Source: a virus (lineage: Duplodnaviria; Caudoviricetes). From it: 29,246 nucleotides of DNA. The position numbers and the translations under genes were made by a program. The DNA lies in IMG/VR virus record IMGVR_UViG_3300025653_005621, positions 1-29,246 of that record. One strand, written 5' to 3'. The notes under the pieces were generated by a model. The model was not told where the DNA came from. It made no database searches and saw only the letters and a list, made by a program, of their open reading frames with translations. Shown here one piece after another: positions 1-8,428 of this stretch; the first letter of the stretch is position 1; each line of letters opens with the position of its first letter.

Positions 1-291
1 CTACTCGAAGTAGTATTTTTGGCCTAAATTTTGCATCTTTTTGTGTGGAAATTGGTTCAAATGGTTAATTTGGAAGTCTTTGCAGTCTTGATCATTTTCA
101 AAATTTGCATATACCAACATTTCTAATCCAAATCCTTGTCTGTCATATTCCTGTGTAAATGTGACTTCAACATTAGCATCTTCTGCCCATTTCCAATAAG
201 GTCGCAAAGTGTTGTGTAATGCATTTTCTGTTAAGTACTCGTAATCAGCATCATCATTTACGTTGGCTTTTATAATACATATACTGCTCAT
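1..291 (-). CDS. hypothetical phage protein
   Basis: 96-aa ORF; its ATG overlaps the upstream TGA (ATGA coupling). Confidence 0.7.
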   Translation of the reverse strand: MSSICIIKANVNDDADYEYLTENALHNTLRPYWKWAEDANVEVTFTQEYDRQGFGLEMLVYANFENDQDCKDFQINHLNQFPHKKMQNLGQKYYFE

Positions 292-656
292 GATAATAAC
301 CCTGTTGCATACTGTGTTAGGAAATTATTAATTAACAGCAATAACCCAGCACCGTTCAATAGGATCAGTGCTCTATCCTTCCACAAGAAGCCAACCAACA
401 ACCAACCAGCAAGACCTATAATACTCAACATGAGATCGTACATTTGCAAACCATCAATGCCTCTCATACTGAGAGCAACCAGTACCACAATGCTACTAGC
501 CCATTTTACATACCAACTGAGATCATGCTTTGGTGTTGCACTCTTTACAATTCTACTGGAGTGTTTGATTTCTCCTACAGTGAACTCTTGTCCCTTGTCT
601 GTTTCAATTACCACATTGTCCAGTTTCTCACTATGACTCGGTACTTTACGTGTCAT
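288..656 (-). CDS. small membrane protein (DUF6552-like)
   Basis: Hydrophobic segments with KW...GWLLVGFLWKDRALILLN. Start moved to ATG 656, which overlaps the upstream TAA (TAATG). Confidence 0.65.
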   Translation of the reverse strand: MTRKVPSHSEKLDNVVIETDKGQEFTVGEIKHSSRIVKSATPKHDLSWYVKWASSIVVLVALSMRGIDGLQMYDLMLSIIGLAGWLLVGFLWKDRALILLNGAGLLLLINNFLTQYATGLLS

Positions 657-1693
657 TAAATTTTCCTTATTTGCTTTTCTATCCATATAATTTCTGATGC
701 CACTTTACTGGCAAACAGTTCATAATTGAAATCCACAATGTCCCTTACTAGAGGATTGTGTATCTCGTTCAACAATTGACTAGCACTTCTGCCAATCATT
801 TTCATACGTCTCACAATGTCATCACACAAATCATATGATTCATCTATCACACTGTCAAATGTTTTGTATCCTAATTTTCTCAGTTCTGCAAGTGTTCCAG
901 GTGTGCTACAAATCACAAACGGATGATTATTGTATATAGCATAATATGTTTTTTCAGTTATAAAAACATGATCAAATGAAGTTGTTTCTGGAATTATACT
1001 AATTTTTGATTCCGTAAATTTTGTTTCATCGTATGGAAAACCTTGACAATGTAAGTTGAGATTATCTAATTGCGTGAACTCAATGTTATCAATAGATTTG
1101 TTATACTTTGATAAAGCACTGTAACTGTACTCATCATTGTAAACTGTGTGCTGAGATAACTTTTTGAGATACTTGTCTTCGCATAATATACTTGCATAAC
1201 TGTTATCTAGTAAACGTTGGCTATACAGTTCTACTAATAAATTTGCTCTATTGGGTTTGTCCGGTTTGCCAATAACCAGTCTAAAATCTTTATCTGCATT
1301 AGGATGAAATTTTAGATTGTGCCTTTGTCCAAATACTCTATGTAAAAATTCTGTGTACAATAAAAAATAATCACACCAAACAATATTCATAGTTGGCAAC
1401 TTTGTCAATTCTTCTTGTACATAATAATTGTTTAACACAATAGTTGCATCTTGTATGTTATGCTTTTCTAAAAAATTGTGTAGTAACTCTAGTACAGGAT
1501 CTGGAGTATAAATTTCGTGTGGCCTAACAAATAATATCTTTTTACCGTTAGACACATATGAGTTTAATCTGTTCCTAATACGATGTATTAATCCATCTGA
1601 TATATTAATTACTTCAAACTGATTTATATCAGGTCCTTCCCAATATGGTGATTCAAACAACCAATCTAAATTGAGAAGGTTGTTATTGATCAT
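656..1693 (-). CDS. putative glycosyltransferase-like protein (ET..TEK..PF family), paralog 1
   Basis: C-terminal SIIPET...FITEKTYYAIYNNHPFVI...LRKLGYKTFDSVIDESYD, shared with three other ORFs in the window. Confidence 0.55.
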   Translation of the reverse strand: MINNNLLNLDWLFESPYWEGPDINQFEVINISDGLIHRIRNRLNSYVSNGKKILFVRPHEIYTPDPVLELLHNFLEKHNIQDATIVLNNYYVQEELTKLPTMNIVWCDYFLLYTEFLHRVFGQRHNLKFHPNADKDFRLVIGKPDKPNRANLLVELYSQRLLDNSYASILCEDKYLKKLSQHTVYNDEYSYSALSKYNKSIDNIEFTQLDNLNLHCQGFPYDETKFTESKISIIPETTSFDHVFITEKTYYAIYNNHPFVICSTPGTLAELRKLGYKTFDSVIDESYDLCDDIVRRMKMIGRSASQLLNEIHNPLVRDIVDFNYELFASKVASEIIWIEKQIRKI

Positions 1694-1866
1694 TTTTTCT
1701 TACCAAAGATTCTATCCCAGCCATCTTCATATTTAGTTTGGCTTGTATCTTTGCGTCTAGCGGAACCTTTGCCGCCATGCCAATTTTTGAAATGATCAGT
1801 GCCACTTGGAGGATTGCGGTCAGTACCCATTGAACCTTCGTGAGTGGGTTTATTTTCCTTGGTCAT
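1690..1866 (-). CDS. small basic phage protein
   Basis: GKGSARR...YEDGWDRIFGKKK motif typical of small phage proteins; internal ATG 1866 preferred as start. Confidence 0.6.
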   Translation of the reverse strand: MTKENKPTHEGSMGTDRNPPSGTDHFKNWHGGKGSARRKDTSQTKYEDGWDRIFGKKK

Positions 1867-2125
1867 TAAAAGTGTCCTCAGTAAACATAGATATTTGTTT
1901 AAGTAAATTATCAACTTCCTTAGAAGTTAGATGCCCTATTACATCTTCGAATAAAGGAGGCTGATATAATATTGCACCATCCTTTAGTAATGCCATTTCC
2001 CACTTGCCTTGCTTACCACCGTAAGTGTATGGTCCTTTGATTACACTAGCACCATAACCGTTAGGGAAAGTGTATACTCTGCGTATGCCATGGTTGAATT
2101 CTTCTTCGTAGAATGTGTACTTCAC
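1850..2125 (-). CDS. conserved hypothetical phage protein
   Basis: FPNGYGASVI...YGG...WEMA motif; ATGA coupling with the upstream gene. Confidence 0.7.
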   Translation of the reverse strand: MKYTFYEEEFNHGIRRVYTFPNGYGASVIKGPYTYGGKQGKWEMALLKDGAILYQPPLFEDVIGHLTSKEVDNLLKQISMFTEDTFNDQGK

Positions 2126-2574
2126 CTACGCATCCTTGCAATATCTTTTGCATGTTGATCATCAATAACAGGTACAGCATTACTCTTATGCATTGTTGCA
2201 ATACCTTTTACAAGTGTGCCTGTGTACTTCATAGACTCTTGTTTGCGGCCGCCACCTGTATCTGTGCCAGTGATAGGCAAACTAGGATATTTCTCACGAT
2301 GCAATCTGTCTTGTTCTGCTCGCCAATTAACTTGAGACTTCATTGGCTTGAAGTGTTTGTAATCACGTGGGTCAGGCTTCTTGATCTTGCCGTAGCAGTA
2401 ATCAATATAGTCATCTAGTGTTGCATAACGCATGTCATGTAAGCCTCGTTGCTTCATGCTCTTGTTATGCTCACGCCAACGTACTTCTAACTCAGCCATC
2501 TTGGCTTTGGTTATTTTTACTTTGCGTTTCTTAGTATTGATTGTACTAAGTCCCTGAGCCAAATGCATTGTCAT
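2122..2574 (-). CDS. conserved T4-like phage hypothetical protein
   Basis: C-terminal YTGTLVKGIATMHKSNAVPV...DIARMRR motif; ATGA coupling. Confidence 0.7.
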   Translation of the reverse strand: MTMHLAQGLSTINTKKRKVKITKAKMAELEVRWREHNKSMKQRGLHDMRYATLDDYIDYCYGKIKKPDPRDYKHFKPMKSQVNWRAEQDRLHREKYPSLPITGTDTGGGRKQESMKYTGTLVKGIATMHKSNAVPVIDDQHAKDIARMRR

Positions 2575-2831
2575 AAGTCGCCTCCCATTTTACGAAAACT
2601 ACGTTCCATGTCTAACTCTTGCTGAATCTTCTTACTTTTGTAATCGTGCCAAAGTGAATGTCCTGCAAACACCCCAAACTCCACACTGAACCAAAACAGT
2701 ATAATCATAGAAGTTACACCGGCCATTTGTTCAGCAGATAATATGGGTTTGAGAATTGCGCCTATGCCGTGAATGCAAAATATGCTCACTGCTATGCACA
2801 GACAAAGCATAAAAGTTCGTAGTAAATTCAT
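2571..2831 (-). CDS. hypothetical membrane protein
   Basis: Two hydrophobic segments; ATG lies 6 nt after a consensus -10 box. Confidence 0.65.
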   Translation of the reverse strand: MNLLRTFMLCLCIAVSIFCIHGIGAILKPILSAEQMAGVTSMIILFWFSVEFGVFAGHSLWHDYKSKKIQQELDMERSFRKMGGDL

Positions 2832-2837
2832 GCTATT

Positions 2838-2865
2838 ATTATAGCAAATGATAGGGTTATGTCAA
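2838..2865 (-). promoter_or_regulatory. sigma70-type promoter TTGACA-N16-TATAAT with extended -10 (TGn); leaderless geometry
   Basis: TTGACA at 2865-2860, TATAAT at 2843-2838, then 6 nt to ATG 2831. Confidence 0.8.
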
Positions 2866-2867
2866 CC

Positions 2868-3077
2868 TTAAAATACTTGTTGGTTGAATAAAAACACCAA
2901 TAACATCAATCCAAATACACCAACTTGTATTAGTGCAGGTATAACAACAAACAATTTCATAACATCAAAGTTACCAGTCATAAAAAAGTCACCGCCATTT
3001 TGCCAAGCATGTACTTCTTCAGGTGTTGCATCAGCAGTTTTGTTTAACTGCAATTCATTTTGTTGGGGGTATCTCAT
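2868..3077 (-). CDS. small membrane protein
   Basis: MRYPQQNELQLNK...DATPEEV... with a C-terminal TM helix; ATG 3077 overlaps the TGA of the 20-aa micro-ORF. Confidence 0.65.
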   Translation of the reverse strand: MRYPQQNELQLNKTADATPEEVHAWQNGGDFFMTGNFDVMKLFVVIPALIQVGVFGLMLLVFLFNQQVF

Positions 3078-3136
3078 TTGATACATCCTTCTGGATGCCA
3101 AGGTGCTATCCAGTATTTGTAAAAAAATTTAATCAT
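3074..3136 (-). CDS. micro-ORF, 20 aa (MIKFFYKYWIAPWHPEGCIK)
   Basis: ATGA-coupled at both ends; absent from the ORF track. Confidence 0.45.
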   Translation of the reverse strand: MIKFFYKYWIAPWHPEGCIK

Positions 3137-3240
3137 TTTGGTTCTAAGTAATATGTGGCATTGTTTACGTCTCTGAGTCCTCGTAGAACTCCAGCAATAT
3201 TATCTGTTTGGACTGCAAACAAAAGCACTGTGTATATCAT
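3133..3240 (-). CDS. micro-ORF, 35 aa (MIYTVLLFAVQTDNIAGVLRGLRDVNNATYYLEPK)
   Basis: Starts 8 nt after the upstream stop; its TGA overlaps the next ATG. Confidence 0.5.
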   Translation of the reverse strand: MIYTVLLFAVQTDNIAGVLRGLRDVNNATYYLEPK

Positions 3241-3248
3241 TGCTAGTT

Positions 3249-3374
3249 TCACAGTTGCGGAACCACGCCGCCAACTGCTAAACAAAAAATAGACACCAAT
3301 GTAACTAGTTCTAACGAATCACGCAGAACTAGACCATCTACTGTTTTTAATTTAGTCTTGATTTTATCTGTCAT
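3249..3374 (-). CDS. micro-ORF, 41 aa with C-terminal TM helix (MTDKIKTKLKTVDGLVLRDSLELVTLVSIFCLAVGGVVPQL)
   Basis: Hand translation; basic N-terminus with a hydrophobic C-terminus; first of a tightly packed chain. Confidence 0.55.
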   Translation of the reverse strand: MTDKIKTKLKTVDGLVLRDSLELVTLVSIFCLAVGGVVPQL

Positions 3375-3394
3375 GTTTATCTATTTTTATTAAT

Positions 3395-3425
3395 AAAAAA
3401 GAGGGTATGAAAATTCAATACCCTC
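3395..3425 (-). terminator. intrinsic terminator
   Basis: GAGGGTAT/ATACCCTC 8-bp stem (3401-3425) followed by TTTTTT on the minus strand. Confidence 0.75.
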
Positions 3426-3478
3426 AATTTGTTTTGTGGAGTAACATATAAGATAAGTTTATAATACCTTATACGATC

Positions 3479-3485
3479 TATTTAT
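3479..3485 (-). promoter_or_regulatory. T4-like late promoter motif ATAAATA
   Basis: Intergenic copy of the recurrent motif, upstream of a hairpin plus terminator. Confidence 0.5.
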
Positions 3486-3535
3486 GATAGTTAACAGATT
3501 ACTTTAAGAAATATGGTAATTTTGGTCTATTTTGA

Positions 3536-4039
3536 TTACATTCCGTTTTCAGGATATGTTTCTACGTTTTGACTGTTGTGGCCAATCATGGAATTGTCAT
3601 CTTTCTTTTGCATCTCTTCGATCCATGATGTGGTTCGACCTGCTTTCTTTTCTTCCCAGTCTTGGATGGCACGTTTAATTGAATCCTCTGCTAACACTGA
3701 ACAGTGTATTTTGATAGGAGGTAATTCAAGTGCTTCAGCAATTTCTTTGTCTTTGATTTGCTTTGCTTCTTCAATTGTAAGACCTGTTAACATTTCCACA
3801 AACATACTGCTAGAAGCAATAGCACTACCACATCCATATGTTTTGAATTTGACATCCATAATTGTGTCAGTTTCTGGATCTAGTTTTAGATCTAATTTCA
3901 TTACATCACCACATGCTGGTGCCCCTGTCATGCCTGTTGCTACAGTAGGATCTTTTGGATCAAACTTACCAACACCATGTGCCGCAGGGTTATTTGTCAC
4001 TTGCTCGAAACGGTCGATTACTTTCTTTGAATATGCCAT
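3536..4039 (-). CDS. iscU: Fe-S cluster scaffold protein IscU
   Basis: GAPACGDVMKL, FKTYGCGSAIASSS and LPPIKIHCSVLAED motifs with all three Cys ligands. Confidence 0.95.
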   Translation of the reverse strand: MAYSKKVIDRFEQVTNNPAAHGVGKFDPKDPTVATGMTGAPACGDVMKLDLKLDPETDTIMDVKFKTYGCGSAIASSSMFVEMLTGLTIEEAKQIKDKEIAEALELPPIKIHCSVLAEDSIKRAIQDWEEKKAGRTTSWIEEMQKKDDNSMIGHNSQNVETYPENGM

Positions 4040-4044
4040 AACTG

Positions 4045-4051
4045 TATTTAT
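4045..4051 (-). promoter_or_regulatory. late promoter motif ATAAATA-N5-ATG (iscU)
   Basis: ATAAATA cagtt ATG; contains the upstream TAA stop. Confidence 0.65.
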
Positions 4052-4866
4052 GACAAAATGTAGTTTTTCTCTATCAGATGTTGAGCAAGTTTTTCGCCCA
4101 TGTATTTGTGACCAAGTTGACTGTAATGGCTATTATCCTTTATCTCAGGCACACGACCCTTGATAGTATCCCAACCTAAAAGGAAGGATTCTTGTAAGTC
4201 TGTCTTTACATCTTGCCATATAGTATTCTCTGGGAACCTGTCTTCCCAATATTTAGAGTCAGAAGTCAAAATTAAGTTTTCAAATAAGTGATGCCAAAGT
4301 CCTGTGGTTCTGTGCATAAAATACATTAGTTTTATGTTGTGTTTTTCTAAGAATGCTTCAATCATGTAGTTGTTGGTTTGCCAATTGTGCATAACAAACC
4401 TTTCATTTACAGCATTTAATGTTTCAGTTGCATCAGATAAATTCTTTGCACTTGTAAATAAATGAGTGTCAATACCTAAATTATTCTCCTGATAATCATT
4501 AAGCAAAGGTTTGAAATTGTAATATGCATATCTACCAACTGTACTATCTCTAACCATACCACGTATACTTCCATAGATATATTCTGGCCATTGATCATTA
4601 TCATCTATGTAATGATTAAACGGCGACATAAGTTCGTGTCTAAACGGATCAGGGAATTGTATAATTACAATATCTCCACTTTTTAATTTACCTTCTACTA
4701 CACTAGATACAATAGATTTGTACACACGGTCTTTACTTGAACATCCTTGTGCAAGGTGTAAGTATTCCAAATTGAGATATTCAGCGGCAACTTGCCCCCA
4801 AGTTTTTCTAATGGAGTCGCCTGTGTAATCTGAAAAACTACATCCACATGCCGCTAGTGTTGACAT
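4048..4866 (-). CDS. SGNH/GDSL-like hydrolase or acyltransferase
   Basis: N-terminal GCSFS, LAQGCS and C-terminal DNSHYSQLGH (DxxH). Confidence 0.55.
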   Translation of the reverse strand: MSTLAACGCSFSDYTGDSIRKTWGQVAAEYLNLEYLHLAQGCSSKDRVYKSIVSSVVEGKLKSGDIVIIQFPDPFRHELMSPFNHYIDDNDQWPEYIYGSIRGMVRDSTVGRYAYYNFKPLLNDYQENNLGIDTHLFTSAKNLSDATETLNAVNERFVMHNWQTNNYMIEAFLEKHNIKLMYFMHRTTGLWHHLFENLILTSDSKYWEDRFPENTIWQDVKTDLQESFLLGWDTIKGRVPEIKDNSHYSQLGHKYMGEKLAQHLIEKNYILS

Positions 4867-5306
4867 TAACTGAAGTCTCTAAGCATTTTTTTAATTTCAA
4901 GTGCGTGTTGTTCTTCCATGCCAATTTGTCCTCTGGCATATTCTTCTAACATAACACTTGCATCAGCAACTTCTTCCAGTAACTTTTTATACATCATTAC
5001 TGCTTGTTGTTCATGCTCTAAACTTTCCTGCAATATCTGCAGTATAGAATGATCATGATGCTCTTCGATTACAGCAATTTTTTGACTTGGGTGTCCACCA
5101 AATCCTGTGATGTATTCACCTGCCTGTAAGGCATGTGCTAAACTTTCATTTGCTTGTTCTTGTAGGAATGCTACAATAGGAATTCTATTAGGTCCTGTTA
5201 CCATAAGTGAACTGTGAGCATAACGTACAACTCCGGCCATCTCTAATTCTATAATTTGGTTTAACAAGTAAATTACTTTATCAACGTTTAATTCTCTCAT
5301 CTCCAT
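4866..5306 (-). CDS. bacterioferritin / ferritin-like di-iron protein
   Basis: Di-iron ligand pattern E(MAG)...ESLAH...E(QQA)...EEQH in a 146-aa helical protein. Confidence 0.85.
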   Translation of the reverse strand: MEMRELNVDKVIYLLNQIIELEMAGVVRYAHSSLMVTGPNRIPIVAFLQEQANESLAHALQAGEYITGFGGHPSQKIAVIEEHHDHSILQILQESLEHEQQAVMMYKKLLEEVADASVMLEEYARGQIGMEEQHALEIKKMLRDFS

Positions 5307-6080
5307 TTATTCTCCGTCATAATACTCAAGACGTTCAATGTCATCTTCAGTGGTTTCTTCGCCATACTGTATTTCTATGATGTGGCACGGCTCATCAAAT
5401 GGATTATATGCTTGATGCCAATCACCTTGTTTAACATGAAAGAACTGATCTTTTTCTATAGTGTGTACTTGAAAATTATCAGGTTTGCTAAAACTGTGTT
5501 TGACATTAAGTCTACCTTTACTGATAAACCACATTTCACTTCTCTTAAAGTGTCTTTGATAACTGATTCCTTTGCCTGGTTCAATAATTAATTCTTTTAC
5601 TCTAACAACATCATCTTGGAACAAGTCACTAAACTCGCCCCAAACTCTGCGTTCTGTTGGATACTGCCATTCTTTTAATATCCAACTACTGCTGTTTGCT
5701 TTATTATCGCCACCAACACTAAACTTGAACTCATATCCGTCAACTTGCATCTCGGGTATGTTATCTTTTCCTCTATCACCTCCGTTACAGAATACATAAT
5801 CATGATCGTGTCCGAATGCATCACGGACTTGTATAAGTCCTGCTGTTACTGTACCATCTTTATCATCTACACCATATAGGTTTGACACCATGTGCATTCT
5901 TTCTAAGATGGTAGCACGTTCTTCGAAAGGCATAAAGGGTCTACCTTTCTTTCTTGTAAGCCACTCATCACTGTTGAGTAGCACCACAAGTTTGTCGCCA
6001 TAAGCGGCGGCTGATTCTAATAAATTGATATGACCTGAGTGAAGCGGATCAAACCCACCGCTCACTACGGCAATACGCAT
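5307..6080 (-). CDS. cytidylyltransferase fused to a mannose-6-phosphate isomerase type II-like cupin
   Basis: SGGFDPLHSGH (HxGH), LNSD..L.RKKGRP, NGGDR; C-terminal RVWG...SYQRHFKRSE...IIEIQYG..EDDIER. Confidence 0.85.
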   Translation of the reverse strand: MRIAVVSGGFDPLHSGHINLLESAAAYGDKLVVLLNSDEWLTRKKGRPFMPFEERATILERMHMVSNLYGVDDKDGTVTAGLIQVRDAFGHDHDYVFCNGGDRGKDNIPEMQVDGYEFKFSVGGDNKANSSSWILKEWQYPTERRVWGEFSDLFQDDVVRVKELIIEPGKGISYQRHFKRSEMWFISKGRLNVKHSFSKPDNFQVHTIEKDQFFHVKQGDWHQAYNPFDEPCHIIEIQYGEETTEDDIERLEYYDGE

Positions 6081-6478
6081 TAGAGTGTTCCTCTTTTTCT
6101 CTTAGAGTTTGCAAATGCGTTTCTCAAATCAGAATATGCTCTACGTTTTCTTTTTGATTTCATAAATTTCTGACTTGTAGGTTGTGGCAAAGGTGCATCA
6201 CCACTAATTAGACCTTTCATTCTATCTTTTTGATGTCTCTTTTTTGCTTGAGACATATTTCTTTGCTTTTTGGCACTAGGCTTTTCATAGAACTCTCTTT
6301 TAGCAAGTTCTTTCTGCCTATTGTCGTTTTCTAAAATTTTCTTTAATCTTCTAATTGCACCGTTGACGTCTCCGTTGCGTACAATAACTTTAGCACCAAA
6401 TGGTTTTTCTTCCTTTTGCTTATTTTTATTGAAGGGACGTTTTTGAAAGTTTCCTTTCCCTCTGAAATTATTCTTCAT
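6080..6478 (-). CDS. rpsU: ribosomal protein bS21 with basic N- and C-terminal extensions
   Basis: KVIVRNGDVNGAIRRLKK...ELAKREFYEKPSAKK core. Confidence 0.85.
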   Translation of the reverse strand: MKNNFRGKGNFQKRPFNKNKQKEEKPFGAKVIVRNGDVNGAIRRLKKILENDNRQKELAKREFYEKPSAKKQRNMSQAKKRHQKDRMKGLISGDAPLPQPTSQKFMKSKRKRRAYSDLRNAFANSKRKRGTL

Positions 6479-7727
6479 TTATACCTCTATATAGTTTATA
6501 ATTTGTGTCAAAAATTTCTTTTCCATCTCTATACTCTAGTGTTGGAAGATATCCTTCGTCTGGATATTTATTCATTATAATTCTTACAACATTATCTTCT
6601 CGAAGACTTGGCGCTCGATACATTAAATTTATCAAAGAATTGTCTACAATACTTCTAATGCCTCTAGCACCTATATTCATTTCGAGTGCTTTTTCTGCAA
6701 CGGTATTAATATAATCGTCGCTAAATTGTACATCAATGTCATCTAAACCAAAAATAAATTTTACTTGATCTAGCACATTATTTTTAACACTCTTTATTAT
6801 ATGATATAAATGTGATTTGTCAAGTTTATCTAACACTGCAATTATAGGCAACCTTGACACAAACTCAGGTATCAGCCCATATTCTATGATATCTTTGTGT
6901 TCAAGATTCTTAGAAAAATTATCATTGTCAGATAATATGTTAGCACCAAATCCTATGGCACTCTTTTTCTTTAGTCGTTTTTTAATTACTTTATCTATTC
7001 CTACAAAGGCACCACCTACAATGAATAATACATCAGTAGTATCAAACTCTATAAAATCTTCTGTAATTGATTTTCTACCATTTGATACTTTAATTTTGAC
7101 CACTGTGCCTTCTATTAATCTTAGTAGTGCTTGTTGAACACCTTCGCCACTTACGTCGCGTGTAGCAGTGTTAGATTCGCTCCTACGGGCCTTCTTGTCT
7201 ATCTCGTCGATGTATACTATGCCCTTTTGTGCTAACTCTAAATCATAATCAGCAATACTTAGCAGACGTTCTAAAACACTTTCTACGTCTTCTCCAACGT
7301 ATCCTGCTTCTGTTAATGTTGTGGCATCAGCAATAGCAAAAGGTACACCTAATTTTTTTGCCAATGTTTTAGCAAATAGTGTTTTACCTGTGCCTGTTGA
7401 TCCTTGCAAAAGGATATTACTTTTATCTAGTTCTAAATCTCCTGGATCATTATAAACTTTTTTGTAATGATTGTAGGCACTAACACTGAGCATTTCTTTA
7501 GTTTGGGCGTGACCTACTATATGGTCATTTAGAAAATTGTAAATTTCTGGAGGGGAAGGTAATTCAACAGGTTCTATATCAGGATCTGATAATTCGTTTG
7601 TGACAATGTTGTAACTTAAAGTTATACACTCGTCGCATATAAAAACATTTGGTCCTGCTATAAGTTTTTTAACAAGGTCTCTTTTTTTACCGCAAAAACT
7701 ACACTCTAGGTTTGAATTATCTGACAT
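6468..7727 (-). CDS. clpX: ATP-dependent Clp protease ATP-binding subunit ClpX
   Basis: C4 zinc domain (CSFCG...ICDEC), Walker [13 protein letters not shown] pore loop, [23 protein letters not shown] loop. Confidence 0.95.
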   Translation of the reverse strand: MSDNSNLECSFCGKKRDLVKKLIAGPNVFICDECITLSYNIVTNELSDPDIEPVELPSPPEIYNFLNDHIVGHAQTKEMLSVSAYNHYKKVYNDPGDLELDKSNILLQGSTGTGKTLFAKTLAKKLGVPFAIADATTLTEAGYVGEDVESVLERLLSIADYDLELAQKGIVYIDEIDKKARRSESNTATRDVSGEGVQQALLRLIEGTVVKIKVSNGRKSITEDFIEFDTTDVLFIVGGAFVGIDKVIKKRLKKKSAIGFGANILSDNDNFSKNLEHKDIIEYGLIPEFVSRLPIIAVLDKLDKSHLYHIIKSVKNNVLDQVKFIFGLDDIDVQFSDDYINTVAEKALEMNIGARGIRSIVDNSLINLMYRAPSLREDNVVRIIMNKYPDEGYLPTLEYRDGKEIFDTNYKLYRGINEE

Positions 7728-7732
7728 GCTTG

Positions 7733-7739
7733 TATTTAT
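7733..7739 (-). promoter_or_regulatory. late promoter motif ATAAATA-N5-ATG (clpX)
   Basis: ATAAATA caagc ATG; no Shine-Dalgarno. Confidence 0.65.
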
Positions 7740-7741
7740 TG

Positions 7742-8428
7742 TTAGTCTATGTTGCCAGTATCATCTTTAGGATAATCTACTGCCCAAAATCCTAATTTGT
7801 CTTTTACTTCTTGTTGCGATGTGTTTAGCAGTATATTGTATATTTCCTTTTCACTTAGATCCTCTTTGTTAAACTCACTCATAGCCATGAGTCTTGCGGC
7901 TTCACGTAAATCACCTGAAGCAGGAACTTCAACTTGTACTTCCTTGACTTTCTGTTGTGTTTGTTGTAATTCAGTTAGTTGTTTCTTGAGTGTATTATAC
8001 CTAGACTGTAACTTGTTGTATTTGTCTTGCATACCTTCATCTATAACTTCAACAATTTTTTCTACTTCAACAATTTTTTCAGCCTGCTTACTATCCTGTA
8101 CCAATTTAAGTTTGTTTTTTAATTTGGTAACTTCTTTTTGTAATTCAAAAACCAACTCGTTGTTAACAACATCTACTTCTCTTACAGTTTCGGGTCCTGG
8201 TACTTCAATGATTCTTTCTGGGCCAGGAACTTCTTTTTCGACAATTCTCTCGACCTCCTTGATGACCTCGATCTCCTTAGGCACTTCGACTTCCACAATC
8301 TTCTCAACTTCAACTGTAACCTCCTTTGGATTATCGATACTATCAATAAGCATTGCTAATGTATCAGCATATTGCTTATTAATATCATCAATGTATTTTT
8401 GTATGTCTCTAACTGTGCTCTTAGCCAC
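7742..8428 (-). CDS. hypothetical protein with V/E/K/P-rich repeats and coiled coil
   Basis: VEVEKIVEV and EVPGPE repeats; start overlaps the upstream stop. Confidence 0.7.
   Translation of the reverse strand: MAKSTVRDIQKYIDDINKQYADTLAMLIDSIDNPKEVTVEVEKIVEVEVPKEIEVIKEVERIVEKEVPGPERIIEVPGPETVREVDVVNNELVFELQKEVTKLKNKLKLVQDSKQAEKIVEVEKIVEVIDEGMQDKYNKLQSRYNTLKKQLTELQQTQQKVKEVQVEVPASGDLREAARLMAMSEFNKEDLSEKEIYNILLNTSQQEVKDKLGFWAVDYPKDDTGNID

Noticed and set aside
3121-3127. -1 frameshift at a U7 run fusing the 20-aa ORF to the 69-aa ORF
   Set aside because: The -1 frame is open, but there is no proper X XXY YYZ heptamer or stimulatory structure; ATGA coupling already explains the layout
3576-4163. 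195-aa plus-strand ORF
   Set aside because: Antisense shadow of iscU with Ser/Ile-rich mirror composition
3536-7727. Cellular (bacterial) origin suggested by iscU, clpX and rpsU
   Set aside because: These genes lack their usual operon partners and are interleaved with phage-type ORFs and T4-like late promoter motifs
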